In this document: one piece after another, positions 1 through 9,892 of the stretch
How positions within the stretch are numbered: position 1 is the first letter of the stretch
Layout of the letters: each line of letters opens with the position of its first letter
Origin: Bdellovibrionales bacterium
Lineage (GTDB): Bacteria; Bdellovibrionota; Bdellovibrionia; Bdellovibrionales; UBA1609
DNA length: 64,000 nucleotides
NCBI GenBank assembly: GCA_965199935.1
Contig: CBDATD010000002.1
Location: 128,050 to 192,049 of the forward strand
Direction of reading: 5' to 3'
The notes under the pieces: generated by a model
What the model saw: only the letters and a program-made list of their open reading frames with translations
Told to the model about the DNA's origin: nothing
Databases searched by the model: none
Made by a program: the position numbers and the translations under genes

Positions 1-603
1 TTGGCGGAAGATGAAAAAAATTTTAACGCGTTAAATAAATTAGGTGTTTATCATTTAGACAGAGGGCAGTTTGTTTTAGCCAGAATTATTTTTGAACGAG
101 CTTTGAAAGAACATCCTAAAAAACCGGAACTGCACCACAATATGGGAATGACTGCGTTAAAGGAAGGCCAAAAGCAAACAGCGGTTTTGGCTTTCGAAAA
201 GGGTCTTAGCTACAACAGAAACTACCTGCCTTCTTTAGTGAGTCTTTCTTCTCTTTATTTAGAAACCCGTGATGAAAAAGCTCTGCCTCTTTTAGAGCGG
301 GCTTACGCCCAGGCAGGGGAGTCTAAAAGTTGGTTTAAAATAGCCAATAATTACGCTGTGAGTCTGGCATGGGCTAAAGATTTTAAACAGGCCTCCAGCG
401 TTTACAAGAGGATGCTGCGTAAAAATAAAGCGACAAGTTTGTCTCTTATCAATTATGCTATAATTTTGATAGAGCAGTTTGAGGATGCTGAAACGGCTCA
501 AGAGGTGCTGGAGCAGGCGGACTTTTTGGCTCGAAATAAAAGAGATCAAAACCAAATTAAGGCTTTGAGAAGGCAAATGAACCAAAAGAAAAGGAGAAAA
601 TAA
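1..603 (+). CDS. TPR-repeat protein (5' end cut by window edge)
   Basis: The ORF is open from base 1. Its first codon is TTG, so the true start is probably upstream. It has several ~34-aa helical A/L/Y-rich units (e.g. GQKQTAVLAFEKGLSYNRNYLPSLVSL). It is the first gene of a co-directional cluster with the FHA/AgmX-like and TolQ/TolR-like genes. Confidence 0.6.
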   Translation: MAEDEKNFNALNKLGVYHLDRGQFVLARIIFERALKEHPKKPELHHNMGMTALKEGQKQTAVLAFEKGLSYNRNYLPSLVSLSSLYLETRDEKALPLLERAYAQAGESKSWFKIANNYAVSLAWAKDFKQASSVYKRMLRKNKATSLSLINYAIILIEQFEDAETAQEVLEQADFLARNKRDQNQIKALRRQMNQKKRRK

Positions 604-605
604 AA

Positions 606-848
606 ATGAAATTCAAGAAGCGCTTGTTTTTATTGGCTTTGTTATTTTGTGTTGACTTATCCTCTGCCCAGAAGAAAAAAGGGCGTGTTTACACCGTGGA
701 CTTTGAGGATGAATTTATTGAAGGGCATGTTAAGAATCCAACCATTTTCCACCTTTTTAATAAACAACAGCTGGAATATGACAAGCTTGTTGATCTTAAA
801 AAGGATTTTCTGCCGGAGATGAGAAGAACCGCAGGGGAAATTGAATAA
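606..848 (+). CDS. small secreted protein, unknown function
   Basis: An ATG lies 3 nt after the upstream stop. The N-terminal signal-like segment is MKFKKRLFLLALLFCVDLSSAQ. It is tightly packed between the TPR and FHA genes. Confidence 0.45.
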   Translation: MKFKKRLFLLALLFCVDLSSAQKKKGRVYTVDFEDEFIEGHVKNPTIFHLFNKQQLEYDKLVDLKKDFLPEMRRTAGEIE

Positions 849-857
849 GGTGAGTCA

Positions 858-3023
858 GTGAACCCGTCTATTTTTTTTAAAATTTATAAAGACAAAAAGC
901 TGAAAGGCGTTAAGCAGGTGAGACAGGATCAAGTCTCCATTGGACAGAGTCCAGAGGTGGAGATTTGTTTGGATGGAGACAATGTTCTTCCTTGGCATGC
1001 TCTAGTAGAAAAAATGGGAGACGAATATACCATTTCTGACTTAGGCAGTTCTACAGGGACCTTTGTGAATGAGAGAAAAATTGTTGAAAGTCCTTTGAAG
1101 ACAGGGGACCGCATTCAGATTGGAGACTTTTTGATTGAGTTTTTTATTGGTGTTCCCTATGTGAAATCCACTCAAAAAAGAACGTTAAAAGAGCCGGCTC
1201 CTCCGATATCAGAGGAAGAGGAAAAAAGAACAGAACAGAAAGTGGAAGAGAAAATAGAAGAGGAAACAGAGACCCCCGCTCCAAAGCCGAAAAAGAAAAT
1301 AAAAAAGAAAAAAGCTGTCTCTAAGAAAGAGAAAAGCGGTTTTTCTCCTAAGAAAACCCTTAAAAAAGAACAAGATTCAACACTCCTTCCTCAGCCCGCC
1401 CCGGAAGAGCCGCCGTCTTCTGACTCCGTTTCAGAGCCTCCTGAAGAATCTCTATCCCCCCCGCCGGAAGATTTAATGAGAAAGTCGTTTCGCTCCAATC
1501 CTTGGAAGAAGTTGTTGTCTTTGAAGCCGTCCAAAAAAACATTTGCTCCTCCCAGTGAAATAAAAGACTTGGACCGCGCTATCCCTCCCGGTCAAGGGGG
1601 TGTTGTAGAAGTTTTAGCGGCTTGGGAGGAAAGGATTATCGCTGTTTATCATTCTAAGAAAAATGAAATGGTGACTCTTGGAAACCATCCGGAGGCTGTG
1701 ATTCGAATTCCAAATTTATTTAGCAAACAGCCTTACGCTCTTGTGCATGCGGGGCAGATTGCTCAAGTTCATATTGAAAGCGGAATGAAGGGAAAAATTA
1801 TCCGTGACAATAAGCAGGTGAGTTTTGAAGATGCTCTCAAAAAAGGCGTGATGACTCGTTCAGCTGCTGGATCCTGCAAACTGTCTCTAGGGCAAAAGGA
1901 GGTTTTAAGGGTCGATCTGCATCCTTCTTTGAGAGTGTACATTCGATACACTTCTTTGACTGCTAAAGCTCCGAAGGCTTTGCTTTTTGATTTCAATGAA
2001 GCAGAGTTGGCAGGGATAGGTCTCGCGCTTTGTTTTATGCTGGCTCTCTTTTTCTTTGTTGGAATCTATTACCCTCGATTTTTGTTGGAGGAAGAGAAGC
2101 TGGATGAAAAAGTGATACGCATGGCGACTATTCAGTTTAAGCCCCCTCGGCCCAAACTGATTCGCATGTCTGAGAAAAAGAAAAAAAAATCACGGAAAGA
2201 AAATATTCCAGTGAGAGCTCCAAAGAAAAGTAAAAAACCTGTGCAAATTAAGAAAGCCGGAAAAAAACCCGGTAAAATTGGAGCTGTTGCCTCAAGAAAG
2301 AAACCGAAGAAAAAACCTAAAAAAGTTGTAACCTCTGCTCGTTCGGGGTCTTCTCCCATCAAATCAAAAAAAGGAGGTTCTGGCGCGAGAAGTCCAAAAC
2401 CAGATCCCACTAAGGTTGGCTTATTGGGTGTCTTCGGTAAAGGAGGCATACAAAAGCAATTGGACAAGGCTTACTCTGGTGCGGGTGAGTTAGGGGGCTT
2501 GGCGGATCAGGCCACAGGATCTTCAGGCACAAAAGAAACGTACTCTGGTGAAGGAATTGGGACAAAATTTAAAGATGCAGGCGTTGGAGGCAGAGGATCT
2601 AATTTGATTGGAATCTCCGGTGTTTCCACTCGGGGGCGCGGCGGCGGCACGAAAGGCTTTGGAAGAGGAGGAGGTCTTGGAAATCGGGGTTCTGTGAATT
2701 TATCTTTCGGCACTAATGAAGTGGACGTGGAAGGTTCTGTGGATAAAGACGCTATTTTAAGAGTGATTCGCAGCAATAAAGCTCAATTGGAGCGATGCCA
2801 TAGTATGGTTCTGCAGAACAACCCCTCTATTCAAGGGCGTGTGAAAGTGAGGTGGTTGATTCAAGGGGACAGTGTTGTTTCTGCGAAAGTAGAAAGCAAT
2901 GAGTCGGGGAGCAGGGCTTTAGCTCAATGTCTCTTAAGCCGGTTGAGAAATTGGAGGTTTCCTGGGGCTGTTACAAAGGGGGATACAGGCAGTATTTCAT
3001 TTCCTTTCGTATTCACACGATAA
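858..3023 (+). CDS. FHA-domain protein with AgmX/PglI-type (TonB-C-like) C-terminal domain
   Basis: GTG start. The N-terminus is FHA-like (VSIGQSPEVEICLDGDNVLPWHALVEK...ISDLGSSTGTFVNERKI...GDRIQIGDF). It has long P/E/K-rich linkers and one TM helix (LAGIGLALCFMLALFFFVGIY). The C-terminal ~90 aa (DKDAILRVIRSNKAQLERCH...GRVKVRWLIQGDSVVSAKV...) resemble the tail of myxobacterial GltG/GltJ(AgmX)/PglI proteins. Confidence 0.75.
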   Translation: MNPSIFFKIYKDKKLKGVKQVRQDQVSIGQSPEVEICLDGDNVLPWHALVEKMGDEYTISDLGSSTGTFVNERKIVESPLKTGDRIQIGDFLIEFFIGVPYVKSTQKRTLKEPAPPISEEEEKRTEQKVEEKIEEETETPAPKPKKKIKKKKAVSKKEKSGFSPKKTLKKEQDSTLLPQPAPEEPPSSDSVSEPPEESLSPPPEDLMRKSFRSNPWKKLLSLKPSKKTFAPPSEIKDLDRAIPPGQGGVVEVLAAWEERIIAVYHSKKNEMVTLGNHPEAVIRIPNLFSKQPYALVHAGQIAQVHIESGMKGKIIRDNKQVSFEDALKKGVMTRSAAGSCKLSLGQKEVLRVDLHPSLRVYIRYTSLTAKAPKALLFDFNEAELAGIGLALCFMLALFFFVGIYYPRFLLEEEKLDEKVIRMATIQFKPPRPKLIRMSEKKKKKSRKENIPVRAPKKSKKPVQIKKAGKKPGKIGAVASRKKPKKKPKKVVTSARSGSSPIKSKKGGSGARSPKPDPTKVGLLGVFGKGGIQKQLDKAYSGAGELGGLADQATGSSGTKETYSGEGIGTKFKDAGVGGRGSNLIGISGVSTRGRGGGTKGFGRGGGLGNRGSVNLSFGTNEVDVEGSVDKDAILRVIRSNKAQLERCHSMVLQNNPSIQGRVKVRWLIQGDSVVSAKVESNESGSRALAQCLLSRLRNWRFPGAVTKGDTGSISFPFVFTR

Positions 3024-3206
3024 AAGTGAGAAGAGAGGTTCGGATTCTTGATAGATAAAGGTAATGTGTCATTTCCTTTTGTACTCGCAAGGAGTTAAAG
3101 CGGATATATTTTATACAGTTCAAAGTTTTGGAAATATAGAAAAAGTATTGGTCATAGGGGTCAAACTTTGTTGAAATGAAGAGAGAGTAAATCCAGGGGG
3201 TGAAGA

Positions 3207-3893
3207 GTGGACAGCACAACGGAGCTTATTAATAAGTGTGCGGAATATAATAACTTTATTGCCAAAGCCTTTTGCGAAGGGGGAACCGCGATGTATTTTA
3301 TCGCCGCAGTGGCTTTCCTAGTTGTGGCGCTCATTTTGGAAAGAACTTTTACTTTGCAAAAATTATCTGTGGATAAAAACTCTGTCAGCGGCTCCATTTT
3401 TGGGATGATCCTGCAGGGGCAAATTCAACAAGCCATCGCTTTTTGCGACGCCACTCCGGCGCCTCTTACAAATACGATGAAAGCCGGTCTTGTGCAGGTT
3501 ATGAATCGCAGGCCGGATGAAGAAGTGCAAGTGGCTATGGATGCTTCAGTGTTGAGGGAAACCCCTCGTTTGGAGGGATGGACCTCTTTTCTGGCTGTCT
3601 TCGGAAATGTCAGTGTTTTGGTGGGGCTGCTCGGAACAATCATTGGTTTGATTAAAGCTTTTGGCGGTGTGGCGGAAGCGGATGCGGCGACAAAAGCGGC
3701 CCATTTGTCTAAAGGAATTTCAGAAGCTTTGAACTGCACAGCCTTTGGACTTTTAGTGGCTATTATTGCCATTACAGCTTATGGATTTTTTCAAATTCGG
3801 ATCGGACGCACAAACAATGATATGTTGGAGAGTACAATGAATCTGATGAATCATGTGGTGTCCAATCGAGATAAAGCGTTGAAGAAATCTTAA
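3207..3893 (+). CDS. MotA/TolQ/ExbB-family proton channel
   Basis: 228 aa with three TM segments. The family signature region is VLVGLLGTIIGLIKAFGG...GISEALNCTAFGLLVAIIAITAY. It is followed by two ExbD/TolR-like genes. Confidence 0.85.
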   Translation: MDSTTELINKCAEYNNFIAKAFCEGGTAMYFIAAVAFLVVALILERTFTLQKLSVDKNSVSGSIFGMILQGQIQQAIAFCDATPAPLTNTMKAGLVQVMNRRPDEEVQVAMDASVLRETPRLEGWTSFLAVFGNVSVLVGLLGTIIGLIKAFGGVAEADAATKAAHLSKGISEALNCTAFGLLVAIIAITAYGFFQIRIGRTNNDMLESTMNLMNHVVSNRDKALKKS

Positions 3894-3902
3894 GGTTGGT
3901 TT

Positions 3903-4379
3903 ATGGCTCATGTATCTGACGGCAACTCTGAATCTCCGGTCGTTGAACTGAATTTAGTTCCTTTCATTGACTTGATGAGTGTTTGCATCATCTTTTTGCT
4001 CATTACAGCGGTATGGATCCAAATTTCAATGATTCAATTAGGCACCAGTGTTTACGCAAAGAAAGTAGATGAGAACGACCCCCCTCCCGCTCAAACCCCC
4101 CATGCAGAAGTACCCTTTCGAATTGATGTGGTCTCTAAGGGATATAAAATGATTTTAGGTTCACAGGTGATTCTGGTGCCTCTCGCTAAGAGAGGCCGGT
4201 ACGACCACGAAGGACTGACAAAACAATTGCAGGCCGTAAAAAAAGTCTATCCGGATAAAATGGACGTGGTGGTAACTTCTGAAGACAAGCTTTTGTACAA
4301 ACATTTGATTATGGCGATGGACTTGCTTTTACAGGCCGGCTTTCCCCAAGTTTCCATAGCGCCTGGGGAGGTGATCTAA
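3903..4379 (+). CDS. ExbD/TolR-family biopolymer transport protein
   Basis: 158 aa. The N-terminal motif LNLVPFIDLMSVCIIFLLI contains the conserved Asp within the single TM. The periplasmic domain is of typical size. Confidence 0.8.
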   Translation: MAHVSDGNSESPVVELNLVPFIDLMSVCIIFLLITAVWIQISMIQLGTSVYAKKVDENDPPPAQTPHAEVPFRIDVVSKGYKMILGSQVILVPLAKRGRYDHEGLTKQLQAVKKVYPDKMDVVVTSEDKLLYKHLIMAMDLLLQAGFPQVSIAPGEVI

Positions 4380-4930
4380 TGCCTATCCATGTTCCTGGTG
4401 TTAGAAACAAAAAGAATAGAATTTCTGCCGGCAAAAGGAATGTTGTGGCAGTGCTTCAGCTGACGGCTATGGTGGATATGTTTACTGTGTTAGTGGTGTT
4501 TTTGCTTCAAAACTATGCTTCTACAAATCAGATTCTGCCCATTTCGGATCGGGTGGCGTTGCCAAAAGCGACAAGCACGGCTCAGCTGGTTCCTTCTTTG
4601 GTGGTGACTCTCTCCAAAGAGTCATTGAGTTTTAACGGCAGAGACTTGGTTTCTTTTAATGAAATCAGGGCGAATGAGGAGTGGATGATTGAACCTCTCA
4701 AAGAAGAAGTGGCTGAGTCAGTGGCTCAGTTAAAAGAGGAAAAGAAAAAAGATTTTGTTGTGACTCGAAAAGAGGGCGGGGTTAAAATTTTCCCGTATGA
4801 AAAAATGACTTTGCAGGCGGATGAAAGTATCGATATGCTGTCTATAAAAAAGGTGATGTTTACATTGACCGAAGCTGGGATTAAAGAAATTAATTTTGCC
4901 GTCATTCAGATCAAAAAGTACCCCTCTTGA
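4379..4930 (+). CDS. ExbD/TolR-family protein (second copy)
   Basis: Its start overlaps the upstream stop (ATG at 4379). The motif LQLTAMVDMFTVLVVFLL contains the Asp-in-TM. 183 aa. Confidence 0.7.
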   Translation: MPIHVPGVRNKKNRISAGKRNVVAVLQLTAMVDMFTVLVVFLLQNYASTNQILPISDRVALPKATSTAQLVPSLVVTLSKESLSFNGRDLVSFNEIRANEEWMIEPLKEEVAESVAQLKEEKKKDFVVTRKEGGVKIFPYEKMTLQADESIDMLSIKKVMFTLTEAGIKEINFAVIQIKKYPS

Positions 4931-5312
4931 TTTTTTCAAAGCCGAACTCGTTTACAGCTCTGTCCCCCCAGCCTTTCTATGGAGGCAGGAGTCGGTCATT
5001 GGAAAGGCTGTGTGAACAAAACTGTAAAACTCAGACATGCGTTTTGCCGCAGAGCAAACTTTGTCTGCTCTGTTTCAAAGCCGAACTCGTTTACAGCTCT
5101 GTCCCCCCAGCCTTTCTACGAAAACAGGAGTCGGTCATTGGAAAGGCTGTGTGAACAAAACTGTAAAACTCAGACATGCGTTTTGCCGCAGAGCAAACTT
5201 TGTCTGCTCTGTTTCAAAGCCGAACTCGTTTACAGCTCTGTCCCCCCAGCCTTTCTACGAAAACAGGAGTCGGTCATTGGAAAGGCTGTGTGAACAAAAC
5301 TGTAAACTGTGG
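4931..5312. repeat. three tandem copies (period ~138-140 bp) of a mosaic intergenic repeat
   Basis: The module GTTTCAAAGCCGAACTCGTTTACAGCTCTGTCCCCCCAGCCTTTCTA starts at ~4933, 5071 and 5211. The module CTCAGACATGCGTTTTGCCGCAGAGCAAACTTTGTCTGCTCTG, an imperfect hairpin, is at ~5030 and 5169. The sequence between modules is also conserved between copies. Confidence 0.9.
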
Positions 5313-5382
5313 ATACGCTGTCCCCTTTAGAATATAGAAAAAGGTTGATATGTATCAAGCTCTATTATAATTCATACGAACT

Positions 5383-6756
5383 ATGAGTATGAAGTTCAGC
5401 CATCAATTAGCTCAAAAACTGAATCTCAATCCTCAGATGATTCAGTCTATCGGACTGATGAATTTGTCTGTTATGGAGCTGGAGCAGGCCATTCGCAAAG
5501 AATTGGAGGAAAATCCGGTCTTAGAAGAAAAAGGCGACACTTTAGAAGATGTTTCTTCACTGGAGGAAACTGAGAAGGAGCGTTTGGAATGGACGGAGTA
5601 CACAGCCACCAATATCAACATTCCTAAAAACACAGAGGATGAAAAATACTACGAACGCCATACCCCTGTAGAAGAAAGCTTGAGAGATCATTTGCTGTGG
5701 CAGGTGAATTTTTCCGGGTTCAGCGATTCAGATAGAAAAATATTATACGCGTTGATAGATGCTGTCAATGAAGATGGGTACTTAACAGAGAGCCTTCAAA
5801 GTATTGCGCACGGGCATCATTTGAATGAAACAGAAGTGCGGACTTTATTGAAAAAACTTCAAGAATTTGACCCTCCCGGAGTCGGAGCGGGCAGTTTGAC
5901 AGAATGCCTTCTCATTCAAGCAAAACGCATTGATGAAGATACGCACGATTTGGTTCATCTGTTGAAAAACCATTTGAAAGATCTTCAAACCAAACAATAT
6001 GAAAAAATTGCCTCTGCAATGGATATTCGAGTGGAAGAGGTGCAGGATATTGCACACATTATATCTTCTTTAGACCCTTATCCAGGTCAAAGATTTAACT
6101 CTCATCGAACAGAATATGTTGTGCCGGATATTTATATTGTGAAAAAAGAAGAGGGCGTTTATGAAGCCCGGCTCAATGAGGATTCTATCCCGCAAATTAG
6201 AATTGCTTCTCACTATGTTCGTGTCTTGGATCAGCTGGGCAAAAATCAGGATGAAGAGACAAAACGCTATATCACGGATAAAATGAAAAGAGCCTTGTCT
6301 TTCATTAAGGCCCTCAATCATAGAAAATCTTCTATTTTAAGAGTGACTCAGCTGATTGCAGAAGAACAGGCGGAATTTTTAGAAAAAGGAGAAATGTTTT
6401 TACACCCTCTTCTGCTCAGAGAGATTTCTGAAAGGCTCAACCTGCACATTTCAACAGTCAGCCGGGTGACAGCTAACAAATATGCACATACCCCCCAAGG
6501 TCTTTTGGAATTAAAGTATTTCTTTGGAATCAGTTATTTGAATAAAAAAGGCGAGAGAAAGGGTGCTCCTGCTGTGAAATGGATGATCAAAGAAATCATT
6601 GAATCTGAGAAAATCCCCCTTTCGGATGCTAAAATTTCTCAAAAACTTTTGGACAGGGACGGCATTCACCTCAGCAGAAGACAGGTGGCTCGATTTAGAG
6701 AGGAACTGGGTTATCTCAACACCCTCGAAAGAGAAAGGTATAAACAGAAAGGCTAA
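5383..6756 (+). CDS. rpoN: RNA polymerase sigma-54 factor
   Basis: 457 aa. The N-terminal Q/L-rich region I is MKFSHQLAQKLNLNPQMIQSI. The C-terminal HTH (LHISTVSRVTANKY) and an RpoN-box-like segment (HLSRRQVARFREELG) are present. Confidence 0.95.
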   Translation: MSMKFSHQLAQKLNLNPQMIQSIGLMNLSVMELEQAIRKELEENPVLEEKGDTLEDVSSLEETEKERLEWTEYTATNINIPKNTEDEKYYERHTPVEESLRDHLLWQVNFSGFSDSDRKILYALIDAVNEDGYLTESLQSIAHGHHLNETEVRTLLKKLQEFDPPGVGAGSLTECLLIQAKRIDEDTHDLVHLLKNHLKDLQTKQYEKIASAMDIRVEEVQDIAHIISSLDPYPGQRFNSHRTEYVVPDIYIVKKEEGVYEARLNEDSIPQIRIASHYVRVLDQLGKNQDEETKRYITDKMKRALSFIKALNHRKSSILRVTQLIAEEQAEFLEKGEMFLHPLLLREISERLNLHISTVSRVTANKYAHTPQGLLELKYFFGISYLNKKGERKGAPAVKWMIKEIIESEKIPLSDAKISQKLLDRDGIHLSRRQVARFREELGYLNTLERERYKQKG

Positions 6757-7872
6757 ATGAAAGACTTTATATTTACGAGCGAGTCTGTTTCTGAAGGGCA
6801 TCCAGATAAAATGGCGGATCAAATAAGTGATGCTATTTTAGATGCTTTTTTGGCACAAGACCCTGACAGCCGGGTGGCCTGTGAAACTTTAGTGGCTCCG
6901 GGGCTGGTGGCTGTGGCAGGAGAGGTGAACACTCAATGTTATGTGGATATTACAGGGGCCGTGAAGGACGTTCTTTCTTCTATAGGCTATAATCACGCTA
7001 AAAAAGGGATGGATTATAAATCCTGCTCTGTTTTAACAAGTATCAACCATCAGAGTCCAGACATTGCTCAAGCCGTCGGTTTTGGAAAGGACCAGGGGGC
7101 GGGGGATCAAGGCATCATGTTTGGTTATGCGGTGGATGAAACTGAAGAGTTTATGCCTTTGAGTATTTCTTTATCTCATCAACTGGTGAAAAAATTATCT
7201 GTGCTTCGTAAATCTTCAGGTAATGATTTTTTATGGCCGGACAGCAAAAGCCAGGTGAGCGTCCAATATAAAAACGGCCGGGTGGATTCTGTCAGCAGTG
7301 TGGTGGTATCTACTCAGCACTCGCCGGATATTTCCCTTGAAAAACTTCGTGAGTTCATTGTAGAGGAGTTGATAAAAAAAACGATTCCAAAAAAATGGCT
7401 GAGGAGCACTCAATACTTTGTGAATCCAGGAGGCCGTTTTACTGTAGGAGGCCCCCAAGCGGACACAGGGCTGACGGGGCGTAAAATTATTGTGGATGCG
7501 TACGGGGGACACGGCTCCCACGGCGGCGGGTGTTTCTCAGGAAAGGATCCGTCAAAAGTAGATCGCTCCGGAGCGTATATGGCCCGTTGTATCGCTAAGA
7601 GTTTGACAGCGAACCGGTTGTTAAAAAAGTGTTTGGTTCAAATTGCCTACGCTATCGGGAGGAAAGAGCCTGTGAGTCTTTATGTGGAGGATTATGGAAC
7701 TTCCAAATGGGATCAAAAACAGTTGTGTGATATTGTTTTAAAGAATTGGGATTTAAGCCCTGAGGCTGTCATTCGGGAGTTGGATCTGTTAAAGCCCCGG
7801 TACAGACAGACAGCTGTGTACGGCCACTTCGGCAGGAGTGAATTCACTTGGGAGAAAATCAAATCCTTATGA
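6757..7872 (+). CDS. metK: S-adenosylmethionine synthetase
   Basis: 371 aa with the hallmark motifs FTSESVSEGHPDKMADQISDAILD, GAGDQGIMFGYA and GGGCFSGKDPSKVDRSGAY. Confidence 0.97.
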   Translation: MKDFIFTSESVSEGHPDKMADQISDAILDAFLAQDPDSRVACETLVAPGLVAVAGEVNTQCYVDITGAVKDVLSSIGYNHAKKGMDYKSCSVLTSINHQSPDIAQAVGFGKDQGAGDQGIMFGYAVDETEEFMPLSISLSHQLVKKLSVLRKSSGNDFLWPDSKSQVSVQYKNGRVDSVSSVVVSTQHSPDISLEKLREFIVEELIKKTIPKKWLRSTQYFVNPGGRFTVGGPQADTGLTGRKIIVDAYGGHGSHGGGCFSGKDPSKVDRSGAYMARCIAKSLTANRLLKKCLVQIAYAIGRKEPVSLYVEDYGTSKWDQKQLCDIVLKNWDLSPEAVIRELDLLKPRYRQTAVYGHFGRSEFTWEKIKSL

Positions 7873-7961
7873 CCTCTCTTTTATCTGCAGTTCAGCTTTT
7901 AGCGGGTGATGTTTCTGTGGAAGCTGTAGAGAGAGTCCTGTCAACAGAGAGGCGGCAATAG

Positions 7962-9476
7962 CTATGAAGGAAGGTTTTTGAGTTCTTTGAAAAATCCATA
8001 AACAATAATACATACAAAAATTGTGAATGGAAAAGCTGAAATAATCACCAATAGCTCTAAAGATTGAATACCTCCTAAAAAGAGAAGCGCCAGGGCGATG
8101 AAACCTTCAAGGAACGCCCAGTAGATTTTGTGACTGGTTTTATTTTTGGTGCCGGCCAGATTATGCACGATATAGGAGGCAGAATCAGAAGAGGTGATGA
8201 AAAATAAAGCCACTGCCAAAATGCTGATATAAGACATTACCTGCGCCAAAGGAAAATGCTCTAAAAATTTAAAAATCAAAATGGAATATTCTGTTTTTAC
8301 AAAAGGCTCCAAGTTCATATCTCCAGTGATATGCTGTTCAATGGCTGTTCCTCCGAAGGCGGTAAACCATAAAAAAGAAATACAGCTTGGAATGACTAGT
8401 GTTCCGATGACAAACTCCCGTACGGTCCGGCCTTCGGAAACACGCGCAATAAAGGTGCCGACAAAAGGAGACCAGGCAATCCACCAGGCCCAGTAAAGAA
8501 TAGTCCATTGAGATCTCCACTCTGAAGACCCTAAAGAGTTGATGCGTGTCATATCGGAAATCAAATTTTGTAAATAAGCGCCTGTATATTCCACAAAAGA
8601 GTTAAGCAGAAAAACAGTTGGACCCGCAATGAACATAAAAACTAATAAAACAGCGCAAAGTAAAATATTTATTTCACTCAACCTTCGAATGCCTCGGTTC
8701 AGTCCTGAGATGACAGATAAAACAGCGCACAAAGTGATGAAGACAATAATAAGAGCCTGAGTTGTTCCAGAAAAAGATATGTCAAACAAATGCCTTAATC
8801 CTGAGTTGATCTGCATGGTTCCCCTTGCCAGCGTTGTGGAGACGCCGAATAAAATGGCAATAATGGAGAAAATATCAATACACCAGGCCAGAGGGCTGTT
8901 GATTTTGTCTTTAAAGAAGGGAGAAAGCATACAGGAAATTCTAAAAGGATGCCCCTTGTAGAGGCAAAAATAAGAAAACACCAATCCCATAATAGTATAA
9001 ACCACCCATCCGGAAAAACCCCAATGCAGGAATGTTAATTGGAATGAAAGATCCATGGATTGAGGAGTGGAGCCTTCTCCCGACGGAGGAAACAAATAAT
9101 GATAAAGAGGTTCATACACTCCGGAAAACAAAAGCCCCGTACCCATGCCGGCGCTGAAAAGCATGGCAATCCATGTAAATGTGCTGTACTTAGGTTTAGA
9201 TAGAGAACCTAGACGTTTTCCGCCGTAAGAGCTGAATATTAAATAAATGCAAAAACAAAAGAGAACAAAAATGACCGTGACGTAAAACCATGAAATATTC
9301 AGAACAAAAGTACTTTTAACCCAGGAAAGCAGGCTGAATGTTTTTTGAGGAAAAATCTTAAAGCCGGCCAAAATCAGAAAAACAAGAAGGGAGGATAAGA
9401 CAGCGGTGATGTTGAATTTTTTCAAAGTCTTTTCTCCGGAAGAGTTAAGTGTATCAAGGGGCATCTTCCGGATCAC
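7962..9476 (-). CDS. BCCT-family (betaine/carnitine/choline) transporter
   Basis: 504 aa and polytopic. It carries the BCCT signature-like stretch [32 protein letters not shown]. Confidence 0.9.
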   Translation of the reverse strand: MIRKMPLDTLNSSGEKTLKKFNITAVLSSLLVFLILAGFKIFPQKTFSLLSWVKSTFVLNISWFYVTVIFVLFCFCIYLIFSSYGGKRLGSLSKPKYSTFTWIAMLFSAGMGTGLLFSGVYEPLYHYLFPPSGEGSTPQSMDLSFQLTFLHWGFSGWVVYTIMGLVFSYFCLYKGHPFRISCMLSPFFKDKINSPLAWCIDIFSIIAILFGVSTTLARGTMQINSGLRHLFDISFSGTTQALIIVFITLCAVLSVISGLNRGIRRLSEINILLCAVLLVFMFIAGPTVFLLNSFVEYTGAYLQNLISDMTRINSLGSSEWRSQWTILYWAWWIAWSPFVGTFIARVSEGRTVREFVIGTLVIPSCISFLWFTAFGGTAIEQHITGDMNLEPFVKTEYSILIFKFLEHFPLAQVMSYISILAVALFFITSSDSASYIVHNLAGTKNKTSHKIYWAFLEGFIALALLFLGGIQSLELLVIISAFPFTIFVCIIVYGFFKELKNLPS

Positions 9477-9778
9477 CAGCTGGCTTTGATGACTCCAGGC
9501 AGATATCCTTTGTGGGCCATTTCACGAACAGCGATGCGGGAGAGGCCGAATTGTCTAAGGTGGCCCCGCGGTCTGCCTGTCATTGCACAGCGCCGGACGA
9601 CACGATTTAAACAAGTGGATTTAGGAAGTTTTTGAAGCTTTAGAAAGGCTGTAGTCCTTTCCTCTTCGGAGAGTTTCATGTTGATAGATGTTTTTCTTAA
9701 AGATCTCCGAATGGATAAAAATTTTTTAGCTTTTTCAAAACGTTTTTCATTCTTAACGATGGAACTTTTTTTTGCCAT
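9473..9778 (-). CDS. rpsN: 30S ribosomal protein S14 (long, 101-aa form)
   Basis: [13 protein letters not shown]...[40 protein letters not shown] is a canonical S14 C-terminus. Its stop overlaps the BCCT start by 4 nt. Confidence 0.93.
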   Translation of the reverse strand: MAKKSSIVKNEKRFEKAKKFLSIRRSLRKTSINMKLSEEERTTAFLKLQKLPKSTCLNRVVRRCAMTGRPRGHLRQFGLSRIAVREMAHKGYLPGVIKASW

Positions 9779-9892
9779 ATTTACGCTCCGGTCTTCAAAG
9801 TTTGAGATTTTCGTCCTGCTGTTTCTGCGAACATAAGATCAAATACTGAAAAATACAATACAAAAAATCACACACAGAGATTATTTTGTGTT

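Noticed and set aside
858-3023. Multiple antisense or alternate-frame track ORFs inside long genes (e.g. 1360..1542, 1769..1996, 2132..2467 and 2507..2776 here; also 16904..17137, 18056..18316, 20154..20618, 20838..21326, 8281..8496, 10260..10481, 12060..12281 and 31075..31356)
   Set aside because: Each is fully embedded in a longer ORF with strong family motifs on the other strand or frame. Their sequences are low-complexity or mirror the composition of the real gene.
4927-5330. Three overlapping track ORFs (4927..5154, 4979..5293, 5037..5330) with repeating peptide sequences
   Set aside because: They lie entirely inside the tandem ~140-bp repeat. All three frames are open only because the repeat lacks stops, the 'proteins' are the same repeat read in different frames, and no RBS or start context is visible.
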